This document shows, in pieces, positions 1-9,694 of a stretch of DNA of 64,000 nucleotides; the first letter of the stretch is position 1, and the number at the start of each line of letters is the position of its first letter. The stretch comes from Vicinamibacterales bacterium (GTDB lineage Bacteria; Acidobacteriota; Vicinamibacteria; Vicinamibacterales; G965249535), in the NCBI GenBank assembly GCA_965249535.1, contig OZ252241.1:356673-420672 (forward strand), written 5' to 3'. The notes beneath the pieces were generated by a model. It was not told the DNA's origin and did no database searches. It was given only the letters and a program-made list of their open reading frames with translations. The translations under genes and the position numbers were made by a program.

Positions 1-321
1 CGCCAAGCGCCCTGCGGTAGCGAGCGGTTTCCTTCGCTTGCCGAACATATCGACTGTTCCTGTATGGGGGGCCTGTCCATCAATATCATCCTCTGGAAAC
101 TCTTCTAGAAACTTCTGCACAGTCAGTTCAGGATTGAGACCAACCTCCGCTGCATATAACCGCACGAACGCCCGAGTAAAGATTCCACCTGGCAACCTAG
201 AAACATTGTTTGTTTCTAGCGCCTCTAGGATTACCGTCGAAATCTTCGTTACGGTAGCAATCTCTCTCAGAGAGATTGCCCGTTTCTCACGAGCCTGCCG
301 TAATTCAGCTCCAAAGTCCAT
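1..321 (-). CDS. RodZ-like helix-turn-helix (HTH_25/XRE) protein, N-terminal part; 3' end runs off the window
   Basis: Not in the ORF track because there is no stop in the window. Manual minus-strand translation from ATG 321-319 gives MDFGAELRQAREKRAISLREIATVTKISTVILEALETNNVSRLPGGIFTRAFVRLYAAEVGL..., open to position 1. This matches the RodZ-type N-terminal HTH pattern. Confidence 0.6.
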   Translation of the reverse strand, partial: MDFGAELRQAREKRAISLREIATVTKISTVILEALETNNVSRLPGGIFTRAFVRLYAAEVGLNPELTVQKFLEEFPEDDIDGQAPHTGTVDMFGKRRKPLATAGRLA

Positions 322-394
322 ACGGAAATCTCAGCTTATCTAAAAGAGTACAGTCCATGAATTTAAAATGACATGTCATGACGTCGACACAACT

Positions 395-1108
395 TTAGAC
401 GACAGGATCTCTACTGTCAAACGATCGCCTAATGGTTTCTACTACTCTTTTCAATCTGCCTCCAGACGATTTATCAGCCAGTACTAAGCAATCACTAAAA
501 AGTCCAATAGCGGCCACTCCAGCAGCGCCTGTACGAGCCACCATCTCAACGTTCTCAAGCGTTACTCCACCAATAGCCAAGATCGGAACAGAAACCGACC
601 GGACGATCTGGGATAATTGATTCACACCAATCGGTGCCCGACCAGTTTGTGTTGACGCCGAGCAGAAAACACTACCTAAAATCAAATAATCTAGTCCTTC
701 ATTCCGTGCAACAAGCTCAGCTTCCCTTAAATCGTGCACCGAACGGCCCAGAATAAACCCAGGCGGTGTCACCGCTCTCACTCTCAAACTCTGAACTGAA
801 TCAGATCTTAAGTGCACACCAGAAGCTCCAGCCGCCAACGCCACATCCAGACGATCGTTGACGATAATCTTGGTCGACGTTCCCCTAACCACATCAATGC
901 AATGTTTCACTAGCTCCATTAAGGCGTGCCCACAAAGATCACGTTCCCTAATCTGAACTAAGTCTATGTTTGCTTGTCCAGCTTGCCTCACAAGTTCAAC
1001 AATGGATTTCCTTGATTCATAGTAGTTGGTGGGATCAAGTAACCGATGACGGTCTGTTACTAAATATACTAAAGGCCGTCGTCCAAGCTTTGAAAGAACA
1101 CTGTTCAT
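395..1108 (-). CDS. thiE: thiamine-phosphate synthase
   Basis: ORF 395..1159. LVYLVTDR..., GASGVHL and ILAIGGV motifs are typical of ThiE. I chose the start at the internal MNSVLSKLGRRPLVYLVTDR. Confidence 0.8.
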   Translation of the reverse strand: MNSVLSKLGRRPLVYLVTDRHRLLDPTNYYESRKSIVELVRQAGQANIDLVQIRERDLCGHALMELVKHCIDVVRGTSTKIIVNDRLDVALAAGASGVHLRSDSVQSLRVRAVTPPGFILGRSVHDLREAELVARNEGLDYLILGSVFCSASTQTGRAPIGVNQLSQIVRSVSVPILAIGGVTLENVEMVARTGAAGVAAIGLFSDCLVLADKSSGGRLKRVVETIRRSFDSRDPVV

Positions 1109-1211
1109 AGTTCTTAAATAATATCGGCACTCAATATGCAGGTCAGCATAAACCACCAATCATTATCAACTGGTGCTTTATAACAAAATTAGATTGTCCA
1201 GCTTTCTTGAT

Positions 1212-1826
1212 TCAAGAACAAGGACCAAACGAACGTCGATGAACGCCTGAACAACCAAACTTGGCGATCGCATCAAAATGGACGGCTGTTCCGTATCCTT
1301 TATGACGATCAAATCCATACTCGGGATGCCTACCGTGTAGGACTTCCATCTGCCGATCGCGTGTTACTTTTGCAATGATTGAGGCGGCAGCAATGACCGC
1401 ACAACGTTTATCGCCTTTAACTATACCGCGTTGCGGAACTAATAAATCCGGGATGCTAAATGCATCGACCAGTACAAAATCTGGAAGTGCGTGTAGCGAA
1501 ATCACAGCATCACGCATAGCCAGGAGAGAAGCTTTATGAATGTTGAGTCGATCGATCTCGTCTGCCTCAACCGCAACCGTAGCCCACTCTGACGCAGCTA
1601 GAATCTTTTCGTAAAGACGACCGCGCTCTTTTGGAGACAATAGTTTAGAGTCACGGAGTCCTGGAATGTATCTCGTTGGATCAAGAACAACAGCAGCCGC
1701 AACTACTGGGCCAGCGAGACAACCTCGACCGGCTTCATCAACGCCAGCTACACGTGCGTAGCCCATTCTCCTGAGCGAATTCTCAACGGTTCGTAGTGCC
1801 CTGGATCGACCCATCGACCCAATCAC
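1212..1826 (-). CDS. rnhB: ribonuclease HII
   Basis: [17 protein letters not shown] catalytic motif. Conserved position downstream of rplS. Confidence 0.9.
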   Translation of the reverse strand: MIGSMGRSRALRTVENSLRRMGYARVAGVDEAGRGCLAGPVVAAAVVLDPTRYIPGLRDSKLLSPKERGRLYEKILAASEWATVAVEADEIDRLNIHKASLLAMRDAVISLHALPDFVLVDAFSIPDLLVPQRGIVKGDKRCAVIAAASIIAKVTRDRQMEVLHGRHPEYGFDRHKGYGTAVHFDAIAKFGCSGVHRRSFGPCS

Positions 1827-2174
1827 TCAGCCAACTCGTCGCTGTTCGCGCATTCGAGCCGCTTTGCCACTCAATTTTCGCAAAAAATACAGCTTCGAAC
1901 GTCGTACTCTGGCAGCTCGCACTATTTCAATACGATCAACAATAGGTGAATGTAACGGAAAGATTCTCTCAACGCCCTGACCAAAAGACACCTTACGAAC
2001 AGTAAACGACGCACGAGCACCACCACGGTGCATGGCAATCACAATTCCCTCGAATACCTGCAATCGTTCCTTTTCACCTTCACGAACTTTGACATAAACC
2101 CTCACGGTCTCTCCAGGTTTAATCGCAGGTCGCTTTACCAATTGTTGTTTTTCTATAGTCTCGACATCCTTCAT
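1827..2174 (-). CDS. rplS: 50S ribosomal protein L19
   Basis: FxxGxxVxVxxKxxEGxKERxQxFEGxVI signature ([28 protein letters not shown]). Abuts the rnhB start. Confidence 0.95.
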   Translation of the reverse strand: MKDVETIEKQQLVKRPAIKPGETVRVYVKVREGEKERLQVFEGIVIAMHRGGARASFTVRKVSFGQGVERIFPLHSPIVDRIEIVRAARVRRSKLYFLRKLSGKAARMREQRRVG

Positions 2175-2935
2175 AGTCGCGCTCCAGATTCCCGTCCGTC
2201 TTGTAGTTCTCGTAACAATTCACGTTCTTCTTCGTCAAGTGCTGCCGTCGCCAGCAAATCTGGTCGCCGTTCGAGAGTCCGCCGAACCGCCTCACGCTTT
2301 CGCCATCGCCTAATTTCAGCATGATGTCCAGAGAGTAACACAGGAGGCACCTTAAGGGCTTGAAACTCTGCTGGGCGTGTATAGTGTGGATAGTCTAAGA
2401 GGTGACGGACAAATGATTCTTCAACTACTGAGTGCTCGTCACCAACGACACCTGGTATTAAACGTGCCACTGCGTCTAGAATAACGACGGCTGGTAATTC
2501 TCCCCCACTAAGTACGTAGTCACCAATCGAAATCTCTTCCGTAGCCACGCGCTCTCTTACGCGTTCATCGATACCCTCGTACCGGCCACACAATATCACT
2601 AAATGCTTCACACGGCTCAACCGCAACGCTACATCATGAGAAAACCAATGGCCTTGCGGTGAGGTCAAAGCCACTACTCCAGGTTGTCCTCTGTTCTTTT
2701 TTATGAAGTCAACTGCACGCAGGAGTGGCTCCGGTTTGAGCACCATTCCAGGCCCTCCCCCATAAGGCTCATCATCCACCACACGATGTCGATCCTCAGT
2801 AAAATCACGCAGATCGTGCACTTTGACGTCAACCAAACCTCGTTTCAGTGCACGGCCTATTATCCCCTCTCTCAGTAAGGGATCCACCATCTTCGGAAAT
2901 ATTGTCACGATGTCAAATTTCACCGAACCCTCCAT
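2171..2935 (-). CDS. trmD: tRNA (guanine37-N1)-methyltransferase
   Basis: [10 protein letters not shown], [12 protein letters not shown] and [13 protein letters not shown] motifs. 4-nt overlap with rplS. Confidence 0.95.
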   Translation of the reverse strand: MEGSVKFDIVTIFPKMVDPLLREGIIGRALKRGLVDVKVHDLRDFTEDRHRVVDDEPYGGGPGMVLKPEPLLRAVDFIKKNRGQPGVVALTSPQGHWFSHDVALRLSRVKHLVILCGRYEGIDERVRERVATEEISIGDYVLSGGELPAVVILDAVARLIPGVVGDEHSVVEESFVRHLLDYPHYTRPAEFQALKVPPVLLSGHHAEIRRWRKREAVRRTLERRPDLLATAALDEEERELLRELQDGRESGARL

Positions 2936-2943
2936 CAGGCCTC

Positions 2944-3474
2944 CTACCGATTTAGTTCCAATAATCCCTCCGGAGGAGCGATCGTGATTACGCGTGCCAT
3001 GAGATCGATTCGACTACAGATCGCAGCGGTTAGAGGCACCATAATTTCCCCATTTTCACGAATAACCAAATAACTCTTCTCGATTGGTCCTTCCACTTCC
3101 GCAACCGTTCCAATAGTCACACAATCTTCTGTTCGAACTTCACATCCAATAAGTTCATGGCGATAGTACATGTTATCCGGCAACTTAGTGAGAGTCTCAC
3201 TTAGAATTCTTAACTCCGATCCAGCCAATTTATCCGCATCCTCAAAAGTTATGACTCCACGGAATCCAATGATCGGGCGACCTTTCTGAAACCTCACTGC
3301 AGTTATTGTCATCTCCTCAATGCGATCTCCTAACCGTGTGTAAAGAGTATGGCCGACCTGAAACCGCTTTTCCGGAAAATCTGTTTCTGGATTCACTATA
3401 ATCTGTCCACGGTTTCCATGCCGCCTAGCGACTAACCCAACCAGCACCATCTCGTCCCAGTTAGTGCTCGTCAT
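2944..3474 (-). CDS. rimM: 16S rRNA processing protein RimM
   Basis: VGxVxxxHGxxGxxxV N-terminus and PRC-barrel C-terminus. Conserved rpsP-rimM-trmD order. Confidence 0.9.
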   Translation of the reverse strand: MTSTNWDEMVLVGLVARRHGNRGQIIVNPETDFPEKRFQVGHTLYTRLGDRIEEMTITAVRFQKGRPIIGFRGVITFEDADKLAGSELRILSETLTKLPDNMYYRHELIGCEVRTEDCVTIGTVAEVEGPIEKSYLVIRENGEIMVPLTAAICSRIDLMARVITIAPPEGLLELNR

Positions 3475-3728
3475 CGCCTGACCGAAGCCGAATCTATGAA
3501 TTCCACGCTAACTGTTTTACCTTCCTGTTCTCCAACCATCATTGCCAATGCTCGTACAGCGGCTGCCGTTCGTCCATTTCTGCCAATTAGTCGTCCTAAA
3601 TCTGAAGGTGCAGTTCTCAATTCAACGACAGTGCGGCCTCCATACTCTGACTCAGTGACTTTAACCTCTGTTGGCCGACTGGTCAGGGCTTGTGCAATCA
3701 ACTCAACTACGTCTCTAGTACGACTCAT
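3471..3728 (-). CDS. KH-domain RNA-binding protein (YlqC/KhpA-like, UPF0109)
   Basis: 85 aa with LIGRNGRTAxAVRxL, a GxxG KH motif. Lies in the classical slot between rpsP and rimM. Confidence 0.85.
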   Translation of the reverse strand: MSRTRDVVELIAQALTSRPTEVKVTESEYGGRTVVELRTAPSDLGRLIGRNGRTAAAVRALAMMVGEQEGKTVSVEFIDSASVRR

Positions 3729-4012
3729 GATGAAGCAGAACCATCAGCCATGAGAGATAAAGAGTCCTGAGCATCGGCCGTGCGGCGACGAGCCAACAAA
3801 CTACGTACCGTGTCTGACGGACGCGCCCCTCGGTCTAACCAATGGGTCAGGCGTTCCCGATCGACGACCATTGCTTCTGACTCACTTCGTGGATCATAGT
3901 GACCTAGCACCTCAACCGATCGACCATCGCGTGGCGCACGTGAATCGACAACAACCACTCGAAAGAACGGTTTCTTTTTAGACCCCATCCGCCTCATTCG
4001 AATCGCTAACAT
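3725..4012 (-). CDS. rpsP: 30S ribosomal protein S16
   Basis: MLAIRMRRMGSKKKPFFRVVVVDSRAPRDGR is the canonical S16 N-terminus. The upstream extension to 4063 in the track is not S16-like. Confidence 0.9.
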   Translation of the reverse strand: MLAIRMRRMGSKKKPFFRVVVVDSRAPRDGRSVEVLGHYDPRSESEAMVVDRERLTHWLDRGARPSDTVRSLLARRRTADAQDSLSLMADGSASS

Positions 4013-4139
4013 ACTGTCTCCTCCACTTCTACGGATCCAGACTCCAGTTTCCGCATCACACATTTAATCTTAGGCTGCTCTGCAATCTGTCCTCAACTGC
4101 TGGATATTCTTCGCTTTCAGCAATCCCATGTTTGGCTCT

Positions 4140-5513
4140 TCAGCGAACACCAAAATTGGCTCCGAACAACGTCTCCTGATAGCTCAGTTTCTTTCTTTTC
4201 CGACCTGAAACTACCCCACAACCAGCAACCTTTAACATTTTCAACATCTGCACGAATTGCTTTAATAATCTATTAATATCTTCCACTGATGTGCCGCTCC
4301 CCTTGGCGATCCGTCTTCGTCGGCTTCCACTCAGGATTCGGTAGTTGCTACGTTCCTTCGGGGTCATCGAATTAAGTATAGCTTCAACTCGGACAAATTC
4401 TTCCGACACTAACGCACCAGACGCCATCTTCTGCAAGCTGGTAACTCCTTGACTTGGAAGAAGCTCAATAACTTTGTGAAGTGGCCTCATCTTCCTGATC
4501 ATTACCAACTGTTCAAGAAAATCCTCAAGAGTAAACTTTTCAAGCCGGGCCTTACTCTCAAGCCGCTCGGCTGCTTCCTTCTGAACCACCTTTTCCGCTT
4601 TTTCTACAAGCGACAGAATATCTCCCATCCCCAGTATCCGTGACAGCATACGTTCCGGATGAAACGGTCCAAAATCATCAACTCTTTCACCGGTTCCAAT
4701 GAAGATAATTGGAACACCCACAACCGAAACTACCGAAAGCGCAGCGCCGCCTCTAGCATCACCGTCCATCTTTGTCAGAATCACACCTGTTATTCCAACG
4801 TTACGATGGAAGTCACCCGCACTCTTAATCGCATCCTGTCCAGCCATCGCATCAACGACATAAAGTATGTCCAACGGCTCAACCGCCATCTTGATCCGTC
4901 TGAGCTCCGTCATTAACAGATCGTTGTTATGAAAGCTGCCTGCTGTGTCAATCAGCAATATGTCAGAACCTCTATCTTTGGCTTCCCTTAATGCACCTCT
5001 AGCCCTAGTGACAGCGTCAAGTTCTCCGCAGCCCCCACACATCTGAAGGTTAGAATTAGCCGCGAGTGTGGTCAGCTGTGCAAGCGCAGCGGGTCGCCGA
5101 ACATCCGTTGAAACAAGTAAAGGACGGTGGCCTTGTTTCGAAAATAAATGCCCCAACTTTGCAATAGTCGTTGTCTTTCCTGTTCCAGGTAATCCTAGGA
5201 TCAGAACAACTCTCGGTAATCGTCGTGATTGTGTGAGATCTTCGGTTGTTCCACCAAACAACACCAACATTTCATCTCGGACAATCTTTACAACCTGTTG
5301 ACCCGGAGTTAGGCTGTTAAGAACTCGCCGATTCATAGCCCGATCTTTAACCCGGTCGGTGAAAGCTTTGACTACCTTGAAGTTAACGTCCGCCTCCAAA
5401 AGAACCATCCGAATTTTCCTAAGCGCTACCTCAATAGTTTCAGGAGTTAACTGAACCTCACCGCGGAGCGATTTAAACACCTGGTTCAGATGATCACTGA
5501 GAGACTCGAACAT
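4140..5513 (-). CDS. ffh: signal recognition particle protein Ffh
   Basis: N-terminus MFESLSDHLNQVFKSLRG, GLPGTGKTTT P-loop, DTAG, TKMDGDARGGAALS, and a Met-rich M domain. Confidence 0.95.
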   Translation of the reverse strand: MFESLSDHLNQVFKSLRGEVQLTPETIEVALRKIRMVLLEADVNFKVVKAFTDRVKDRAMNRRVLNSLTPGQQVVKIVRDEMLVLFGGTTEDLTQSRRLPRVVLILGLPGTGKTTTIAKLGHLFSKQGHRPLLVSTDVRRPAALAQLTTLAANSNLQMCGGCGELDAVTRARGALREAKDRGSDILLIDTAGSFHNNDLLMTELRRIKMAVEPLDILYVVDAMAGQDAIKSAGDFHRNVGITGVILTKMDGDARGGAALSVVSVVGVPIIFIGTGERVDDFGPFHPERMLSRILGMGDILSLVEKAEKVVQKEAAERLESKARLEKFTLEDFLEQLVMIRKMRPLHKVIELLPSQGVTSLQKMASGALVSEEFVRVEAILNSMTPKERSNYRILSGSRRRRIAKGSGTSVEDINRLLKQFVQMLKMLKVAGCGVVSGRKRKKLSYQETLFGANFGVR

Positions 5514-5520
5514 GATTTCT

Positions 5521-5548
5521 CTTATATAACTCTAATCTTGCTTGTCAA
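5521..5548 (-). promoter_or_regulatory. sigma70-type promoter of ffh (TTGACA-16 nt-TATAAG), only 7 nt from the ATG
   Basis: Minus strand reads TTGACA(5548-5543) agcaagattagagt.. TATAAG(5526-5521) agaaatc ATG(5513). No Shine-Dalgarno in the 7-nt gap. Confidence 0.5.
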
Positions 5549-5746
5549 AAGGAGACGAGCACGACAGTCAACGCTTATTGACGCTCCATCGTCATCGACC
5601 TTTTTCAATTCTTGTTCACGTAGGATGGAAATATCCTGTTAGTCGGGGGAGGTATCAGCTGCCTGAGTTAAACGACTCCAGCATAAGCGGTTACCGTAAC
5701 CCGCTGGTTTAACCGCTGTCAATTCACTCGCCCTGAGATTCAAATC

Positions 5747-7027
5747 CTAAACTGAAGAGAGCTTATGACCAAGCTTCTCCTTCTTAGTCTTGAGATAGTT
5801 CCTCGTCATTTCAGACACGGGTACCTCGAGCGGCACAGATTCCACGACGGACAAGCCATAGCCTTCCAGGCCAATAAATTTTCTTGGGTTATTCGTAAGC
5901 AGTCTCATACTGCGCACGCCAAGATCTCTAAGAATCTGAGCTCCTATGCCATAGTCTCGCTGATCGGGTTTGAATCCCAATCGCTCGTTAGCTTGAACGG
6001 TATCCAATCCTTCATCCTGAAGCTCATAAGCACGAATTTTATTAGCTAACCCAATTCCTCGACCTTCCTGATTCAAATACAACAGCACACCACGGTCCTC
6101 AGCCGCTATACGTTTTATCGCTGCGTCAAGCTGTTGTCCACAGTCGCATCGAGACGAATGAAAAACATCCCCAGTGAGGCACCTTGAATGAACACGTATT
6201 ATGACGTCCAGACCTTCACGCAAATCACCACGAACCAAAGCAATGTGTGTCTCCTTATCGATCACGCTTTGATAAGCGAATACCCTAAAGGGTCCGTTCT
6301 CCGTTGGTAGATCGGCCACAGCTATTCGTTTGACAAGTCGCTCGTGTCGCATTCGGTACTTGATGAGATCTGCGATCGTTATAATTAACATCTTGTGACG
6401 TTGAGCAAACTTAGTAAGATCTGGCACACGAGCCATCGTTCCGTCGTCGTTCATAATTTCGCAAATCACACCCGCCGGATAGAACCCAGCTATCCGCGCC
6501 AGATCAACTGCAGCTTCCGTCTGTCCAGCTCGAACAAGAACCCCTCCAGACCGCGCTCTCAGTGGAAACATATGCCCCGGTCGTGCTAGATCACTAGGAG
6601 TCGATTTCGGATCGATGGCCACTCGAACAGTTGCAGCGCGATCACCGGCCGAAATACCTGTGCTCGTTGCATGCCTTGCCTCGATGGAAACACAGAAAGC
6701 AGTGCTGAATCGCGCCGTGTTTTTATTCACCATCAAAGGAACATCCAACTCCTCAAGCCGCTCGCCCGTCGTCGGCATACAGATCAGTCCGCGCCCGTAG
6801 CGAGCCATGAAATTGATTGCGGCTGGAGTCACCTTCTCTGCAGCTATAGTCAGATCACCTTCATTCTCTCGATCCTCATCATCCACAACGACGATAAGTT
6901 TACCTAGCCGAACTGCCTCCAACGCTTCCTCGATTGAAGCAAATGGACCATTGCGGGCCGGCCGGTCAGCGATCCTTAAAGACGGTAAAGCTCGTCTCTG
7001 ACGATTCTTACGTTTTTGATCAGGCAT
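5747..7027 (-). CDS. ribBA: bifunctional 3,4-dihydroxy-2-butanone-4-phosphate synthase / GTP cyclohydrolase II
   Basis: [11 protein letters not shown] (DHBP synthase domain) followed by VRVHSxCLTGDVFxSxRCDCGxQL (GCH II zinc site). Confidence 0.95.
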   Translation of the reverse strand: MPDQKRKNRQRRALPSLRIADRPARNGPFASIEEALEAVRLGKLIVVVDDEDRENEGDLTIAAEKVTPAAINFMARYGRGLICMPTTGERLEELDVPLMVNKNTARFSTAFCVSIEARHATSTGISAGDRAATVRVAIDPKSTPSDLARPGHMFPLRARSGGVLVRAGQTEAAVDLARIAGFYPAGVICEIMNDDGTMARVPDLTKFAQRHKMLIITIADLIKYRMRHERLVKRIAVADLPTENGPFRVFAYQSVIDKETHIALVRGDLREGLDVIIRVHSRCLTGDVFHSSRCDCGQQLDAAIKRIAAEDRGVLLYLNQEGRGIGLANKIRAYELQDEGLDTVQANERLGFKPDQRDYGIGAQILRDLGVRSMRLLTNNPRKFIGLEGYGLSVVESVPLEVPVSEMTRNYLKTKKEKLGHKLSSV

Positions 7028-7038
7028 CGTTTTTTCTA

Positions 7039-7665
7039 TTAGCTTATTACACCTTGCGACGAAGCAACCGCTTTAAAACCTGCCAATTTAACCGCCCCAA
7101 CAACATACTTGCCAATAATGTCACACTCGATATTTACGAGTTCGTCAGGAGAGGCTACCTTCAAATTTGTATTTTCCCACGTGTACGGAACTAACTGAAC
7201 TTTAAAACGGTTATTAGTTATTCCATCAACAGTTAAGCTAATGCCGTCAACTGCGATTGATCCCTTATGTACGATGTAAGGCGTTAGTGATTCTGGGAAC
7301 TCCACCGTTAACCAATGATGCTCTCCTTCCCGCTGAATCCTCTCAATCCTACCCATTCCATCGACATGTCCCTGCACGAAGTGACCGCCCATTAGACCAT
7401 CTGCACGTAACGGTCTTTCAATGTTAACAATTTTACCTTGATTCAATGATCTTAGTGTCGTCAGTCGAGCGGTTTCAGGTGAAACATCAACATACAGCTC
7501 ATTAGTAATGACCGCGCTGACCGTCAGGCACACACCATTTACAGCAACGCTTTCACCAGTCCGTACATCCTGTACAAGACCCGTGCTCAAACCCAATCGG
7601 CATCCAAGATCAATGGGCTTAATCTCCGCTACGGTACCAAGTGTTTCAATTAGTCCTGTAAACAT
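7039..7665 (-). CDS. ribE: riboflavin synthase (alpha chain)
   Basis: MFTGLIExxG N-terminus and duplicated GxSxAVNGxCLTV / SIAVDGISLTV lumazine-binding repeats. Confidence 0.95.
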   Translation of the reverse strand: MFTGLIETLGTVAEIKPIDLGCRLGLSTGLVQDVRTGESVAVNGVCLTVSAVITNELYVDVSPETARLTTLRSLNQGKIVNIERPLRADGLMGGHFVQGHVDGMGRIERIQREGEHHWLTVEFPESLTPYIVHKGSIAVDGISLTVDGITNNRFKVQLVPYTWENTNLKVASPDELVNIECDIIGKYVVGAVKLAGFKAVASSQGVIS

Positions 7666-8731
7666 ACCCCTCTATTAAGACATCTGGCCCAATTACTTCC
7701 ACTCGAAGGTCTTTCAAGCCCGAAAACGAAAACTTCTGACCAGGAAACCAAGGAACGCCCTGTGCACCAAGTTTCGTTGGTGTGATATACATCTGCACAC
7801 GATCAACCACTCCGCCCAGCCACGCGGCCTTATGGAGTTCAGCACCGCCCTCCAACAAAAGTGATGTAATATCCAAAGAAGCAAGCCTTTCCATCGCAGC
7901 CTTAATATCCCGCGCGCTCAGAATCTCTAGTCTAGCCCCAGCCACTCTCAGAGACCGAGCCCGGTTTGGAGCCTTAGAAACACCCTCCTCAGTTGTAACA
8001 ATTATGACCGGTCCCGCTTCAAGCGTCGAGAGCACACGGGCTGATGGCTTCATTTGTAACCTTGTATCAAATACAACTCTCCATAAAGGCCTTGAGCGAT
8101 GCACTCCTCTCACAGTTAGTAGAGGATCGTCAGCTACGATTGTTCCCGATCCAACGCCAATTGCATCAACTTCACTCCTCAATAGATGGACCCGCTGATC
8201 TGATTCCTTAGAGGTAAGTCTGGTCCTCATACCAGGCCTCGCTGCAATTCGTCCATCGAGACTTGAAGCCACCTTCATTGTTACAAAAGGTCGACCCTTC
8301 CCTACGAAGGTAAAGAAGGTTTCGTTCAACCGAGTCGCTTCCAGGCGACAAACACCGATGTCAACATCGATTCCATGTTCTCTCAAATACCGAACGCCTT
8401 TACCGTCTACGCAAGGATTGGGATCTTCAACCCCTATCACAACACGGGAGATTCCGGCAGAAACGATACGCTCAACGCATGGCCCGGTACGACCAGTGTG
8501 GCAACATGGCTCAAGAGTGCAGTAGAGTGTTGCACCTTCTGATTGTTGTCCGGCCTCTCTGAGCACTAAGACTTCCGCGTGATCTAGGCCGGCCCGTTTA
8601 TGGTAGCCAGTTCCAACAACAGTCCCAGATGGTGACACTACAACAGCGCCCACCATCGGGTTGGGATTGGTATCTCCACGCCCAAGAGCGGCTAACCTTA
8701 GTGCCTGATCCATATACTCCCTATCGGACAT
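7646..8731 (-). CDS. ribD: bifunctional diaminohydroxyphosphoribosylaminopyrimidine deaminase / 5-amino-6-(5-phosphoribosylamino)uracil reductase
   Basis: HAEVxxL...TLEPCxHxGRTxPC deaminase zinc motif plus a C-terminal reductase domain. Overlaps ribE by 20 nt. Confidence 0.95.
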   Translation of the reverse strand: MSDREYMDQALRLAALGRGDTNPNPMVGAVVVSPSGTVVGTGYHKRAGLDHAEVLVLREAGQQSEGATLYCTLEPCCHTGRTGPCVERIVSAGISRVVIGVEDPNPCVDGKGVRYLREHGIDVDIGVCRLEATRLNETFFTFVGKGRPFVTMKVASSLDGRIAARPGMRTRLTSKESDQRVHLLRSEVDAIGVGSGTIVADDPLLTVRGVHRSRPLWRVVFDTRLQMKPSARVLSTLEAGPVIIVTTEEGVSKAPNRARSLRVAGARLEILSARDIKAAMERLASLDITSLLLEGGAELHKAAWLGGVVDRVQMYITPTKLGAQGVPWFPGQKFSFSGLKDLRVEVIGPDVLIEGYVYRTN

Positions 8732-8760
8732 AACCTACACACCTTCTGCACTGCTCGACT

Positions 8761-9681
8761 CTAGGAAACTTCAAAGAGGGTGTTGACATAATCTCGCTCA
8801 GAAAAGAGCAGAAGATCGTCTATTCCCTCACCTATACCGACATACCTCACAGGAATCTTCAATTCTGCTGCTATTGCTATGGCTATACCAGCTTTCGCCG
8901 TTCCATCTATTTTCGTCAGTACCACACCGTTAGCACCAACCAGTTTCACAAACTCCCGCGCCTGAATCAAGCCATTCTGACCCACAGTGGCGTCTAGGAC
9001 AAGAAGCACTTCGTGTGGTGCACCATCAACCTGGCGTGATGCCACCCTCCTTATCTTTCCAAGTTCGGTCATGAGGTTAACTCGATTATGCATGCGTCCA
9101 GCCGTATCAATAATGATGACATCCTTCGATTGTGCCTTCCCCGACCGGATAGCATCAAAAACCACAGCTGCCGGATCCGTGCCAACCTGTCCACGTACGA
9201 TGCCCGCACCCGCGCGGTGCGCCCAGATCTCAAGTTGATCACCAGCCGCAGCACGAAACGTATCACCTGCACATATAAGCGAGTTTTTTCCCTCTAGACT
9301 TAGCAGTTTCGCTAGCTTACCGACCGTAGTTGTTTTACCAGTCCCGTTAACTCCAACGACAAGAATAACCCTTGGTGATTTTATTTTCGTCTGACAGTTA
9401 CCGGCCGCCTCGAAGATCCCAATGATCTCTTTCGCAATAAGTTCCCTAAGACTCTTACCATCACCCCATTCATTCCGCACTGCCGCTACGATATGCTCAG
9501 TTGCTGACACCCCAACGTCGGCTGAAATAAGGATCTCTTCTAATGCCTCGATAGTTTCAGGACTGGCAGACCCATTCAGACCATTAGACTGGTCGCCATA
9601 CTCCGAAAACCTATCCAAGCGTGAGACCCACTCTTTCGCTGTACGAAGTGGCCCATCATGGAAGCGACTAAAAACACTCAT
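8761..9681 (-). CDS. ftsY: signal recognition particle receptor FtsY (short form)
   Basis: GVNGTGKTTTVGKLA, DTAGR and TKIDGTAKAG motifs. Confidence 0.95.
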   Translation of the reverse strand: MSVFSRFHDGPLRTAKEWVSRLDRFSEYGDQSNGLNGSASPETIEALEEILISADVGVSATEHIVAAVRNEWGDGKSLRELIAKEIIGIFEAAGNCQTKIKSPRVILVVGVNGTGKTTTVGKLAKLLSLEGKNSLICAGDTFRAAAGDQLEIWAHRAGAGIVRGQVGTDPAAVVFDAIRSGKAQSKDVIIIDTAGRMHNRVNLMTELGKIRRVASRQVDGAPHEVLLVLDATVGQNGLIQAREFVKLVGANGVVLTKIDGTAKAGIAIAIAAELKIPVRYVGIGEGIDDLLLFSERDYVNTLFEVS

Positions 9682-9694
9682 CGTTCAATTCTAG

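Noticed and set aside
38-343. Track ORF 38..343 (+), and many similar ORFs antisense to strong genes (for example 432..620, 2028..2324, 18921..19229, 19554..19988, 35538..35822)
   Set aside because: These are shadow ORFs on the opposite strand of confidently identified genes. They have low-complexity Ser/Arg/Pro-rich translations and no family signatures. For 38..343, the minus strand encodes a clean RodZ-like HTH protein.
5640-5746. Possible small RNA, tRNA-like T-arm (GATTCAAATCC) or SRP RNA in the ribBA-ffh spacer
   Set aside because: No acceptor or anticodon stems can be built around the T-loop-like motif. The SRP RNA domain IV consensus is absent. Only short hairpins are present (for example GCGGTTAC/GTAACCCGC).
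8732-8760. FMN riboswitch upstream of ribD
   Set aside because: Only 29 nt separate ribD from ftsY, which is too short for an RFN element. I saw none of its conserved blocks.
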